Assembly (NCBI GenBank): GCA_002633005.1
Contig: NMRA01000032.1
Coordinates: forward strand, 159,044-223,043
Origin: Phoronis australis
Taxonomy: Eukaryota > Animalia > Phoronida
DNA length: 64,000 bases
Reading direction: 5' to 3'
The notes under the pieces were generated by a model that saw only the letters and a program-made list of their open reading frames with translations, did no database searches and had not been told where the DNA came from. A program made the translations under genes and the position numbers. Shown in pieces: positions 22,289 to 34,699 of the stretch; the first letter of the stretch is position 1, and each line of letters begins with the position of its first letter.

Positions 22289-25200
22289 CTACAAAACAAA
22301 CCTTTCATTGTAAGTTCTATAACACCCGTTGACAATGGGTCAAACAGTTGTTGAATGCACTCAGCAACCAATTATTAACTCAACCGAAAGGTCAAAACTT
22401 GGATGAAATAAGCTACACAACTTTTGAAACATTAACATTCTATGTTTGCACTAGTATTTATTTATGATTTATTTTATTTTTTATCTTGATTGTGATATTT
22501 ACAATGGGGGTAACCCTGATAGCGATATTTAAAATGAGGGTAACCCTACCAGTTTTCACTGCTTTCCATGGGGGCCCTTGGTAAAAACATACAAGAAGTA
22601 TAAACAGACTTACAAATACAAGAAGTACATGATTGTATAAACAGACTTACAAAACAAGAAGTATTTTACAAATACAAGAAGTATAAACAGACTTACAAAC
22701 ACAAGAAGTATAAACAGACTTACAAACACAAGAAGTATTAACAAACTTAAAAATATGAAAGACAAGATATAAATGATCAATGACGAATATGAAACTGATC
22801 TGAAAAGACAGATGAAACAAAACTAATAATAAATAAACAATAAATAGAAGATAATAATAAAAGTATAAGAAAAATGACATGATTAAATAAAAATAATTAC
22901 TAGATAAATAATAAATAGTAACATAACCCCCAAAAATTTTTGAACTTCATCAATATAAGCACCCTTATTTACAGCTCAATGGACAATGTAAAGTGGACAT
23001 TAATACTTACGAGGGTCGTTCAATAAGTTCTCAGCCTCACCAAGAAAACAGGGACACAGGTTAAATTTTTCACACCATAGTGAAATTTCATCTTTGATAA
23101 CAGTACTGCGTTCATGCTGAATTAGTACGGTTAGCTGCTGCTAGGTGACGCTGCTTTAAAAAAGCAGACGACAACACATTTAGCAGCATGGAGATAACGG
23201 AGATGAGAACTGTCATAAGGTATTTGAGTAAAAAGGGAATGAAACCAAAAGATATTCATGAAGAGATGCGAAAAAGACTCGGAACAGACTCCCCGAGCTA
23301 CTCAACAGTAAAAAAGAGGTAAGCTTGTTTCAAGAGGGGTAGAGAAAGCGTTGAAGATGACCCTCGTCCAGGACGTCCCAAATTATCGACTTCCAGTGAA
23401 AATGTGCAGAAAATTCATGCAATGAATAAGAAAGACAGGCGAATGACTGTTCAACATCTGGCAAACACTGTTGGCATCATCAATGGGTCCAACTCTAAAA
23501 TTTTGAGTGAAGATTTGGACATGAGTAAGCAGAGTGCACAATGGGTGCCAAGAATGTTAACTCAGGATAAGAAAATGAGCAGAATGCAAATTTCAAACTT
23601 GGTTCTTCTAGGAAGATTCCAAGCAGATCCAGCCAAATTTTCGAGAAGACCTGTAACCCAGGATGAGACAAGTGTCCACCACTTTGACCCGCAATCAAAA
23701 CAACAAAGTAAACAATGGAAGCACGTGGGTTCCACAAGCCCGAGAAAGTTCAAGTTGGATGCCTCTGCAAGCAAAATTTTGGCCTCTGTGTTCTGGGACA
23801 GCGAAGGTACTCTGATGATCGACTACTTAGAACGAGGACACACAGTTACTGTGAATTACTATGCATCACTTTTGGAAAAACTCAAAAAAGCAATCAAGAA
23901 AAAGAGACGCGGGAAGTTTCAGGATGGAGTGCTGTTGCTGCAAGACAACGCACCTGCCCATACTGTCTAAGTTGCGGTGGCTGAAGCAACTAGATGTGGC
24001 TTTGAAATCCTTCCACACCCCACCTATTCTCCAGACCTGGCACCGTCTGATTTTCATTTGTTTCCACATTTGAAGGCCTACCTGCGTGGATGCCAGTATG
24101 TGAGCGATAATGATGTCATGAGTGCAGTGGAGGAGTATTTTGAGGGGCTCGACAAAAGTTTCTTCAGGCATTGCAAAACTGGAGCACAGATGGAAGAAAT
24201 GCATTGATGTGACGGGAGATTATTTTGAAAAATAAAAGTCAAAATTAGTTGCTATCGTGTTGTTTTCTGGGTGAGGCTGAGAACTTATTGGACGACCCTC
24301 ATAATAGGCTTTATGCATTCCTTACTTTATTTATCTCAGTTATATCTCAACATCTCTGCAGACAGAGCTGTTGAAAACTATTGAATGAAATTAATAATTT
24401 GTTAACATGACAATCATTAAACCACATTACTCACCACAGTGCAACTGTACCCTGTTCGAATGCCAGTTTTTCATTGGCTAATCTTTCCAGTTCACTCAAT
24501 GAAATGTCGGATTTCACTCGCAAGGCGTGAACACCAAGACACTCCAGCTCCACAGTCATCATGTTGCTATATCTTGGCACTGGTCTGGGTTTTTTAGCAC
24601 TGACATCTGTGAGTATTTTAGATGTGGTCTCCGCTGAGGATTTTGGAGGAATTCCTGGACGACGTGGCGGAAGGGGCTTTGGTGGTGGGAGTGGCTTTGA
24701 CCCAGTTGAAGACAGTACAACTGGCTTTGATTGACTTTTTGTCTTTGGTGGTCTTGGTGGTGGTTCACTGGGAGCATCGTCAGTAATGACTATTGAAGGC
24801 GGCTTCCTGTCCGGCAGCGGATGTCGATTGGTAGCTGTTAACGGTTTTGCATTGCCAAATCTACCTTGCTTGCTTGAAGCATCCGATAATTGACTGACAG
24901 GAGTGACAGTTTTACCCAGTGCGACTTGATTGGCCAGTTTCTCCTTTAATTCATGCATAGCATTGCCTTCCGAGGATGGTTTCCGCGGTAAATCGGGCGA
25001 GGCTAGCGCGGGACTGGACCGTACTTCGTCACGCCTTTTGAGTAAAGGAGAATTTGGTAAAGATCTAGATACTGTCTTGACTTGTCCAGCTTCTAACAAC
25101 TGCAATAAAATGAGCACGCAAAATAGTGTAAAATGCCGTAATTCAGCCGTCAGCGCCATATTTGTCGTTTTGTTCTGAAATTTCCAACGCTACCTCAAAC

Positions 25201-28200
25201 AAGCAACTGACATGACCCACTAGCTGATCTAGGATGTGGACAATGGGGTCAACCACAAAAGAAAAATGTCAGACTCCATTAAAGCCATAAGGGGAGGGGG
25301 TGGCATTGGCCCCCTGAATCCAGCTGTGTAACTTTGCTACGGCATTTATGTAGGAACAATGATGCTCTCTACTAATCACGTCATACACAAGAATAAGACA
25401 ATTACAGGACATGGAGAATTAGAACGATGAGTTTTCATGCTTAATAACAAAATCAAAGAGCAATAAAATTATGATTGCATGGTTCAACTACTGAATGGCT
25501 ATAACTTAATGCAGCTCTTAGTCAGGCATTAGTTGTGGATGTTCTGAAAGTCAGAGCTTATCTTGGTCTGACGAGGCTGTTTATGATATGATCAAAGAGG
25601 TCACTTTGAAGTTATCAGATCATCACAAGTAAGAAGAAAATAAAGATTCCCAGATTGATAACTGCTATTACATCACTCACTGGATTTAAATTTAGCAAGG
25701 TCAAGGTCAAATCGTCTGTAGACATCAGTTGCTTGTTTTAGGTAGAGACGTGTTCATTATAAGATTCACCAACATCTAACTGGCTATTAAAAGTCGTACC
25801 CGTAAATGTTCAGGGTTCGCAAATGAGACGAAGCACCTCATGTCAAATATGATTTTGTTTTTGGCTCAAATGGTCTAACTTACACTTTGCATGGATGACT
25901 TACCCTAGGACCAGCAAATCCAGCAAACGTGTCACTATCGTCCACCGTAGCCACGACCTTGGCCTTGCCTAAATAATCCTTCCTCTGCAAAGCTGCTGTC
26001 TTGGTTTTGGCAGGCCGGAAATATAAAGATTCCATTTTCACTTCCATCAGAGGAAAACTTCGACGGGCCTATAAAGGTAATGACAATCTTAAAAATGGTG
26101 TCACTGCCAATGACAGTGACAATGCCGGGGGTGACAAAAGGATCATGCACATTGCTATACAATATGGTGGATGAAAACAAAAAAGCGTGCACTTTAGACA
26201 GGGAAAGGTCAGGATTCGTGCACAAATATGCAGATACTTACTGTAATTAACTTGGTAGTTACGTTTGTATATCTGATGACTAGCCAGTCATAAATTTAAA
26301 TTTAAAATAGTGTTAATTTTGGCAGAATTCATTTACTGTTTTTTCAGCTAAGCTGAGGACAACCTATGTGTTGATGGGTTTTTAATGAAGTGGTGCAAAA
26401 ATATTGGTCTGAAATTTACCAGCACTGTGTGTGGAGTTCGAGAACTCATCTGTTGTAAAATTGTGATAACAAGACATAGGTGTCTTTGAAACACATGTAT
26501 CCATAAAATGTATCTATAAAATGTATCCCAAAAAGACACAAGTTGACCTGAAGATTTTTTAGCCGGTACTTATTTCACTTTGGCAGCACTTAAGATAAGC
26601 TACCTACTAAGTTTGTAAGAACAAGAGTGACGAGTGCGTGAGTTATACAGAACTGTTAGTGTTGTGCTTTTCTATGTTTCGCATAACTAAATAATATTGG
26701 TTTATCAGTTTGGCTTGTCTCTGATTCTATTGATTACAAGCTCCCAGTTTAACTTGTGTATCAAAGCATGACAATGTTCATCAACATTTTGTCAAACTGG
26801 AAGCACATTACAGCGTTTTCCTGTTGCTCCCAACTTGTTCGATTCTATAGCCCAACAGCAAGCTGGGAAGTTTACCCCTGTAGCCAATATCATACACGAC
26901 TGATTAACTCCATTCTGGCATTTATGGCTGGAGGGCCAGCTCTCTTTTGTTCGATAATTGCTCTAATCTCCACTAAGTTGTATCTACCCTGACTAGGCTG
27001 TGCTGTTAAAAATAAAAGTTAAGTTTGAACATGAACCTATAGCATTTCTGAAATCTTCATCAAATGGTGATCATGCTTAGTTTTTGAATCGCCAAAATCG
27101 CCCAACTGCAACCGAAGTTACGTCAATCTATTCTTTCCGAACACACTAAATTCACTCTGAGTTTGACTGTGTTCACAGGTGGTCTGCAATAAGCCTGGTA
27201 GATAAGTGGCCTGCTTGTTGTCATAACAGACAAAAGAGTGTGCTTGGCAGTTAACAAAGAAGCTAGATGTTATCACACGCTCAGAACCCCTATACGTCTG
27301 GTAAAGTCAATGAACGGGAAAACGCTGTCATGAATGAGGCAGTGTCTAGACTCTGAATGACAGCAAGGGGTAGCCGGACGCCCAGCTACATGGGACGCTG
27401 CCCACAAGTGCTTGAAGACAGAAAAACAGTAAACACCTAGGGCAGCATGTGGGTTTGTAAACAGATGGCAGCCGGTGTGGGCAGCTTGAGGATGATGGCT
27501 GTTAAAAATCAATTGATTGATACAAATTAAAATCATTTTGATCATGAAATGGTCATCATTCCAATCATCATTCATGGAAAACCTTTTTTGAAGATTTACC
27601 ATCGCTCAGTGATAAGAAATCCATGATTGATGATAAACTTAGCGTGAAAAAATACGTAATATGACTCCGGACCAGCCAGATATATCATATCATACCACTG
27701 AATTCATGGAAATGATTGATAGCAATTTAATAATATAAAAATATTGAATGATACAATATGATCAACTAAAACTGCCATTATAGTACTTTTAGCCATCAGC
27801 TGTGATCTGAACAATGGATCACATTTAGTATTAACTGACCAGACCTGTCCCACAGCGGCCTCTAGTGGTGAGGGCATAACCAGTGCAAACAACAAGTGAA
27901 CTGTATTTCACATCATGCAATTAATATGGACCAATACCAACGGTGTTATCAAGGTGCATGGACTGAGGGAGAGCAATGTTGGTCGAGGCTGAATACAACA
28001 TTGCTCTCCCGAGGTCCTCACCACTTGATATGCCAGAGGGATTTTTTAACATTTGTTTAATTACACGACCAGATCCTTCTTTATTCTGGTTTTGTCGTAT
28101 CTTAAGACATCCTTGCTCTTACGCGTTTTGCTGTACTGACATCGTCTGCATGCTTTGTTGTCAGGGATTCACATTCTGACCAATCGGACACTTAAAGTGT

Positions 28201-31200
28201 CCGATTGGTCAGAATGTAAAAAGCTATATCTGACATCCGAGTGGATTGAATGAAAAAGGACAAAGCCCGGTTTGTCAATATTACAGTATATCAGAAGTTA
28301 TCGTACTGGGTTTTATCCCACCAGAGGGCAGGAATATCAATGGTCACATAAACAAATGTATTTACTTTCTCCAAGACAAAAAGCATATAGCAAACTAAAT
28401 GTTACAACACAAAAAAAACGTCTGAATCCAAGTGTCAAAATGAGTTGTTACTGAAACCTACCAAGGGCCATGATGTAATCTTAATACTCGAATAGAACTT
28501 GAAATTCATTTTGACATTTTCTGTTTTACTTTGCTTGCATTCTGGGCTCAGCTACATGTAATCTATAGGGGGTAATTCCCTTTGTTAAACTGTGTTTAAT
28601 TACACAGTAAAACCAGAACAGTTGTATGACTAAGAGCAGGGTTCACCAAGAACTACTTTCACTGACCTTGCAGGCCTGTTATTAACATTTCACACAAAAC
28701 CTCAAAATTTGAAGATCAGACTCAAACTTTTAGCCTCAATTACGGTAAAAATTTTTCAATTTGGGACAATTTCTAAAATTTGGGATACTGATATTCTAGG
28801 AATAATTGAATTTTCTTGATTCTAAAGATTGGGGCATGGGTGTAAGATGATTTATTTACCTGACATAGGTTCTCGTTGAAATGAAGCTGGAGGTTATGAA
28901 CAATAGGCAAGCTATTTTCAATGCAAACCAAAGCCATGATACCCGAATTTCAAAAAGGGGTTTATAGGCACATCATTTTGTAGCTTCCAGTTCAAAGAAT
29001 CTGTCCCAAGGCTAGAATCCGATGCGAAATTGTTTGAAATTACCTAACTACTGTACGCAACTTGAAAAAGGCAAAATACACGACCCCGTGTAAAAAAATA
29101 TGTCTAACTTTTCTGGGACAGACCTGCTATAGGACTGTAATCAAAATCAATAAAGATGCGAGGTATAAACTCCTTCCTTTTGTAACTCAAATGGCTGAAA
29201 ACATCCTGTCGCAAAAAATCTGCAAACCACTGACCACTGGCCACTGACCACTGGACGAATGACTAAACTGTAAACTAGGATTAGACAGTCGTCCACAAAA
29301 GTCATTTTGTACTTGAGCATAGAATAGATAATAGATACTAATTTAAAGATCGTAGAAAAATAAAATAGGAATTACTAAAAATGATTTCAGGTTTGATATC
29401 GAGTATAAAGATTAGACTCTCTAGAGGTAAACAGCGTATTACCTGCACAAGCTTTATTGCATCACCTATACACTGATGCCTCGACTCCATTTTCAACCCA
29501 TCAGCTTGCTGCAAGCTGTTCAGTGCTTTACCAAAGTCGCCGAGGTTAACCATGTTTGATGCCATGTTGTAGAGAACCTGTTAAATCATAGTAACATAGA
29601 CTTGTATTACATGGATCACCAACTGAATGCATATCTGCAATCTTGGGCACAAGCTGTGTCCTGACACCTGCCGCGTTAGCCCAATTCACTCCCGACATGT
29701 AGTTTGTTCACTGTGCAAAATAGTGGTTGAATTTTGCAATCGCACTCCTGAACTACTGGCAAACTTATTAAGACACCACGAATTCAACAACAGGAAGCCA
29801 TTGAAAGTTTTTTCAATGGCCAAATATATATTTTTTGAACTGCTGAACGGTACTATAGTACCAGAATTTTCCATTTGAATACATATACATGTAGTGGAAG
29901 CAAACCATGTAAGTGGCGCCACCTTTGGAAATTCCATAAGAAAATGCTGCAGTAGTGAATATGTTGTCTATGATCTATGGTTAGAAAGAACAATAAGTTG
30001 AACAACACTAAACTTGAGAAACATTTCTTTTTAAATATTATAATATATTTTCTTGGTTGGTGACAACTTGTAAGACATGTCATTAATAAAAACACTAAAA
30101 GTTTTAACAAAAAAAAAATTTTTACGTACATTGCATTGATTTCAAGTGGGTCTATGGCACGTATACTGCAACCAGCTAGTAGACGATTTATTGAATCTGA
30201 CAAATAAGAGACTAGCGAAGAATTGGAGAAAAATCATCATGACTGCAATGAAAGTTTTTGGCACCCTTAGCCTGCATAGTCCTGTAAATGATTCTTTACA
30301 TCCCCCATTTTGCATATATTGTACTGTCATATTATTTGTGTGGTATTTTTAACTTAATTAAACTAATAGACTACAATGAATGAAAGCAATACAGAGGGGA
30401 CTATCCCTGTTACGTACCAGTATAATATTTCTTCACTAACCCCAGCAGTGTTGTTTCTGATAACTCTTATCAATATGCAAGCAAAGCACAGCGCGTACAA
30501 AGATAAACCACTATCCAAACACGCAGGTCATTTTTGGAAGTAGCTTTTGTAATGAAATAAAAACATAAAAATGAGAAAATAAAACAAAACTAAAGAAAAA
30601 ATATCTTTGAAAAATTCACAAATTCAAGGTGTTGTCAAAGACATCAAGATAATATGTATGATGACTTCTGGTTACACAGGATGCTAGAAAATTATCCAAA
30701 TTTGGCTACCTTTTGAACAGTGCGTCTCAGAAATGGTGGATCAAATTCATAAGACACTTTCAGAGTCTATGCTTTACGCTATATTCTCCAAATTTTATAC
30801 ATTGTTAGGAATTAAATTTATGACAATCCACTTTTGTGTCAGGGGACCTCAAATATAGGCAATTCTGGTAAATCCAAAATGGCTTTTAGGGGGTGAAAAA
30901 CAAGTCAACAATGCTGCCTTCCATCACGATTCTTCAAGCAGTTGAAAGGATAAGGAGGCGAGCGACAAAGCACAGGCACAAAAATAATAGACAGATCCAA
31001 GGGGGACGCAATGATCAAATCCACCTGAAAAGTGCTGCATCACCATAATAACTTGGCCAAATTTCAAGAGCATCCTCCAAGGAGTTTGGTAGTATATCAA
31101 GGCAAACGTAAAAAAACGTAATGTCAGTTACCAATAAAAACAAAAAATTCCATGGAAAACCATCAAGTGATTCAGCAGATACCGAGCCAAAGGCAAAAAT

Positions 31201-34200
31201 CGCCACTAGGGGGCACCACAGCAGTTGCACCCATCTGTAAAGCATCACCAGCCATACTTGTCCCAGTAGGAGTACAAACACCAATTTTCATGATTCATAA
31301 AATGATTAGACAGATAAAGTGGCACACACCAAACATGCCACACATACGTCAGCAAAATTTCACGACCATTAATCAAGATGTTTTGTAGGTACAGATGGAC
31401 AAGGATGGCACATATATGTGGGCGCATTAAAAGGTAACGATATTGCTATCACTTTGCAGTAAACAGTGACCTTACAGCCACAAGACCTGAGTATACACAT
31501 CACCCAACAGAAAAGCACTCTTTCAAAGATACCATAGTTGCAAAATAGCCTGGGGGTATTGGTACTGTTTATTGGGAATTATCAGTTTAAGGATCAAAAG
31601 TCAAATCCAAATACACAACCAGACAGATATTTGCTTTAGTTGTATTAATACTGTAGCCAGTGTGTAAAGTGAAACCAAGACAGTCAATGCATTATAATGT
31701 GGATATGTGACTGTACTTACAGTCACTAGGTGGTGACACTGGCTCATATATAAGTCAATGCATAATAATGTCGATATGTGACTGTTCTTACAGTGTAAGA
31801 GCCACATAGTACAAAATAATGTCACCATATTTTTTCATCTGAAAATTTCGCCTAGATTTATATTGTGGACCGGATATCTGTAATATAACATGGGGTACTG
31901 ACCCATTAAATAAATGTGTTCCTACAGGTACGAGTTTATGATTAAAAACTGACTTAAGTTACACTTTCGGTGTCCATTTCCTGTAAATAGGGAAAGTTTT
32001 AAAGCCTAACTGCAACGGAATTTTGTTACTTTAGATGTATTAGCCTTAGTAAAATAAGAAAATGTGAGTTCAATCAGGCAAATGTAAGCCCGTCAAATGA
32101 TAAGTGAAGCTGCCTTTTTGTGCCATGTTGCGTCACCGCGAGATTCCATCGCAAACAACAAAACGTTGTATTGAATAGGGATCTGAATAGAACACCATTG
32201 CGTGCGGGTGTTATTCGCAGCTGTTTGAATTAAAAAGTGATTCTCGCGGTGACATAGACAAAAGCAAGCCAAAACATCTAACAGTTCATTACATTTGGCA
32301 ATTTGTGGCACTAGTGGGCTCAGAGCGATGCTCTTAACATACTGTTGGAACAAAATTTACATGTTACCGTTGAAGATGAGCTTTAAGATTCACCTATGAA
32401 TACTTTATCCCAAACATATGTCCAGGCATATCTGAGAAAATTTGTCCTCATGCAGGCGCTGGGAGAATACAAAAATGGCAATGTCTGCAGTAAACCCCTG
32501 TATGACTGGGGAAAATCATACACCCAAGAATTTTCTCCTAAATCCTAATTCTTCATTCTAAGTGCCAAGCCTAAGTAATAAGGTCGAGTCTTAATTTCTA
32601 AGACTAAGTCCTAAATCCTAAGGTTTAGTCCTAACTTCTAAGTTCAAGTGCACCATCAACCTTTATACATACCTCACAGCTATACAACTTGAACCTCAAG
32701 CCAAGTTGCTTGTAGTCAATCATCTTGTTACCTCTAAGACGAGTGAGACATTCCTCAAAGTCCACCAAAGCCTCCTGCATTCTGAAAGATGGCAACAGAG
32801 TTGACAAAAAATAACCACAAACAATAACAGGATTATTCTTTAATCACTTTGTACAAAGAATGTTATTTTTACAGAATTAAAAAAATCTAGTTTGTAGCCA
32901 ACACAGCAACCTATAATGTATTATTGAAATTTGTTGTACAAGTCAGAGTGAACACACAGACGCATGGTATTGGGGGAGTTACATGGTAAATTAAAATTAA
33001 AATTAATTTTGCCATTCTTAAAAAGGATCAGTTCTCACTATATGAATGGTCACAATCTCACAAATTATCATTCGACGGTAGCTATCATATGATAAAAGTA
33101 ATAATTCAGCACCACTCAATCTTGAAAAATGGTAAAAAAAACTTTCACCTGTCCGTCATATTGTGTACTGCATTAGTCAAGATTTTACAGCAGCCGCATA
33201 ATAATCAGAATCTAGGACAACAAAATGATACAACTGCTTCTTGTGCATATATATGTGTGAATTGTACATTCAGGTAAAGTACTGTACCTTTGGTACCACA
33301 ACCAGATTCAATCTTTGGTAAAATCGCACCAATTTCGCACAAAAATATCTGTCAAAATTGTATTTCTTTATTCCTTAAGGGCTTCTCAGATTGTTGTGTA
33401 TGCCTGCAGTTTTTCAAAATATTGCCTTGATTGCCATGAATATGCCAAAGCATTATTTTTGTACTACCCATCATTTATAAAAAATTCACCTATCTGCCAT
33501 ACCGAGCCCTAAATCAATGAAAGTTTACCATATAATTGAGCTTGGTATTACTGGTCATATAAAACAAACCTTCCAAGTCTGTTGTATACTGTCCCTCGTT
33601 GAAAATAAGCCACAGCCAAATGTTGATCCTTTGTTACACATTGATTCAAGCTCTGAAATCAAAGCAGGAAACATTAATATTTGCTATGTTTCCAACAGCC
33701 AAAATGATATAGAAATACAAAAGTTTAGCACATTTAAGCCAATTGCCTGAGCTGCGTGTTATTAGAAATGACTTTTGGCAAGATTCCAGACTAATACCCC
33801 AGGCTGGATGATGTGGTTGTCTCTGAGCTCGTTGCTTGGTATTGAACTGATCAAAGTTGGATGATCTTAAAAGCAGTAAGTAAATAGACAAAACAACATC
33901 TGAATGACATACATGTAAGATAAGTACATAAGCAACTTTCACACGACTAAATCAAGACGGGCCGAGTTGACGAGGCGAAATGCAATTTTTTAAAAAAAAT
34001 TAAACTTTTTGCAGGCATCATTTGAATATCACACTGCACAATAATCACTAAGAATTCACGAAAGGTACGAAACCAGTCTAGCCTCATTGGTTTCTTCACG
34101 CAAATCACAAGGTATGGTCTAATGATAGCTAGGAAACCATTAGACTATATACTAGCAACAATATCGAAATCACAATTCAAAAAATAAAAGCATCAGAGTC

Positions 34201-34699
34201 CGAGGTTGGGAAACCCTCTAATTAAAAAAATGGCACACGTACGCATTGGTTGTGACTTAAGTTGGCACTGGAAATATAGAATGAGTAAGGAACATCGTGA
34301 GACCAATTTTATCCAGCTAATTAGCAGCTGGGATAAAATGAAACTTTCTATCAGAAAATTTACACTGTAGTCTCACACAGACAATATAAGAAATTGCCAA
34401 ATAAGTAATTTAGTATTTTAATTGTATTTTACTATGTTTAAAAGATGGCTAAATATGATAATCAAATTATAGACAGTGAACAGTGAATAAGAAACAAATA
34501 GCAGATACAGATCAAATACCATTAATGCACTCTCAGGATCATCCAATAACACGTGAACTGTCCCTATGTTGAAGAAAGTCTTAGCAGACTTTTGGCTTTC
34601 TGGTACTTCCTGTAGTTTTGACAAAGCACCCCGCAAGTCGCCACGATCGAACAATGCCTGCGATTCGTCCCAAACTTGAAGAGAAGTTCGTATTGACAT
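22174..34699 (-). CDS. NCF2: p67phox/NOXA1-like NADPH oxidase activator, ~483 aa, 7 coding exons
   Basis: Phase-consistent model: 34699-34520, 33652-33570, 32781-32673, 29577-29443, 26068-25904, 25099-24435, 22288-22174. Motifs FFNIG, [42 protein letters not shown]..K...L.RKDYLGKAKVVATVDDSDTFAGF (activation domain), EPPPRPPK, C-terminal PB1-like domain. Confidence 0.92.
22455..22590 (-). mobile_element. Probable 3' tail of an L2/CR1-type LINE
   Basis: Minus strand reads gggcccccatggaaagcag...gggttaccc...aataaaataaatcataaataaa, a stem-loop plus A-rich tail of the type seen at LINE 3' ends; no coding part seen. Confidence 0.45.
22591..22750. repeat. 27-bp minisatellite (acaagaagtataaacagacttacaaac), ~5 imperfect copies
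   Basis: Directly visible. Confidence 0.85.
23010..24301 (+). mobile_element. Full-length mariner DNA transposon (DD34D, irritans/Himar-like), inside NCF2-like intron 6
   Basis: 41-bp TIRs cgagggtcgttcaataagttctcagcctcaccaagaaaaca with 3 mismatches, TA TSDs at 23008-09 and 24302-03, length 1292 bp. Confidence 0.96.
23188..24235 (+). pseudogene. Mariner transposase pseudogene
   Basis: MEITEMRTVIRYL...DDPRPGRP...WVPRML...QDET...QDNAPAH...YSPDLAPSDFHLF...GDYFEK*; in-frame stops at ~23320 and 23968, frameshift near 24165. Confidence 0.95.
24435..25099 (-). CDS. NCF2: NCF2-like exon 6 (Pro-rich linker plus PB1 N-half)
   Basis: 665 nt within ORF 24431-25159; ttattgcag acceptor, TG/GTGAGT donor. 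Confidence 0.88.
25904..26068 (-). CDS. NCF2: NCF2-like exon 5 (activation domain)
   Basis: 165 nt ARRSFPLMEVKMESLYFRPAKTKTAALQRKDYLGKAKVVATVDDSDTFAGFAGPR; GTAAGT donor. Confidence 0.92.
27920..28350. repeat. Fold-back (MITE-like) repeat with two strong hairpins
   Basis: Perfect 23-bp arms with 1-nt loop at 28171-28217; second hairpin gggagagcaatgttg...caacattgctctccc at ~27967-28010. Outer limits approximate. Confidence 0.6.
29443..29577 (-). CDS. NCF2: NCF2-like exon 4 (TPR4)
   Basis: 135 nt VLYNMASNMVNLGDFGKALNSLQQADGLKMESRHQCIGDAIKLVQ. Confidence 0.92.
30475..31432 (+). mobile_element. Second, more diverged copy of the 19660-20945 element family, in NCF2-like intron 3
   Basis: Shares caag..caaagc start, GCCACTAGGGGGCACC at ~31202, ccaattttcatga and the TGTGGGCGCAT end (31417-31427). 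Confidence 0.65.
32003..32210 (+). repeat. Dispersed repeat, copy 1 (copy 2 at 63777-64000)
   Basis: gcctaactgcaacggaattttgtta...cccgtcaaatgataa...tctgaatagaacaccattgcgtgcggg aligns by eye with the end of the window. Confidence 0.9.
32535..32648. repeat. Degenerate 7-bp tandem repeat (cctaagt/cctaaat)
   Basis: Visible ctaa periodicity. Confidence 0.6.
32673..32781 (-). CDS. NCF2: NCF2-like exon 3 (Rac-binding insert)
   Basis: 109 nt [36 protein letters not shown]. Confidence 0.93.
33570..33652 (-). CDS. NCF2: NCF2-like exon 2
   Basis: 83 nt [27 protein letters not shown](R). Confidence 0.92.
34520..34699 (-). CDS. NCF2: NCF2-like exon 1 (TPR1-2)
   Basis: MSIRTSLQVWDESQ...KTFFNIGTVHVLLDDPESALM; GTATTT donor. 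Confidence 0.9.

Noticed and set aside
24431-25159. Apparent signal peptide at the start of the 242-aa ORF
   Set aside because: The hydrophobic start is translated intron (pyrimidine tract) upstream of the acceptor at 25100.
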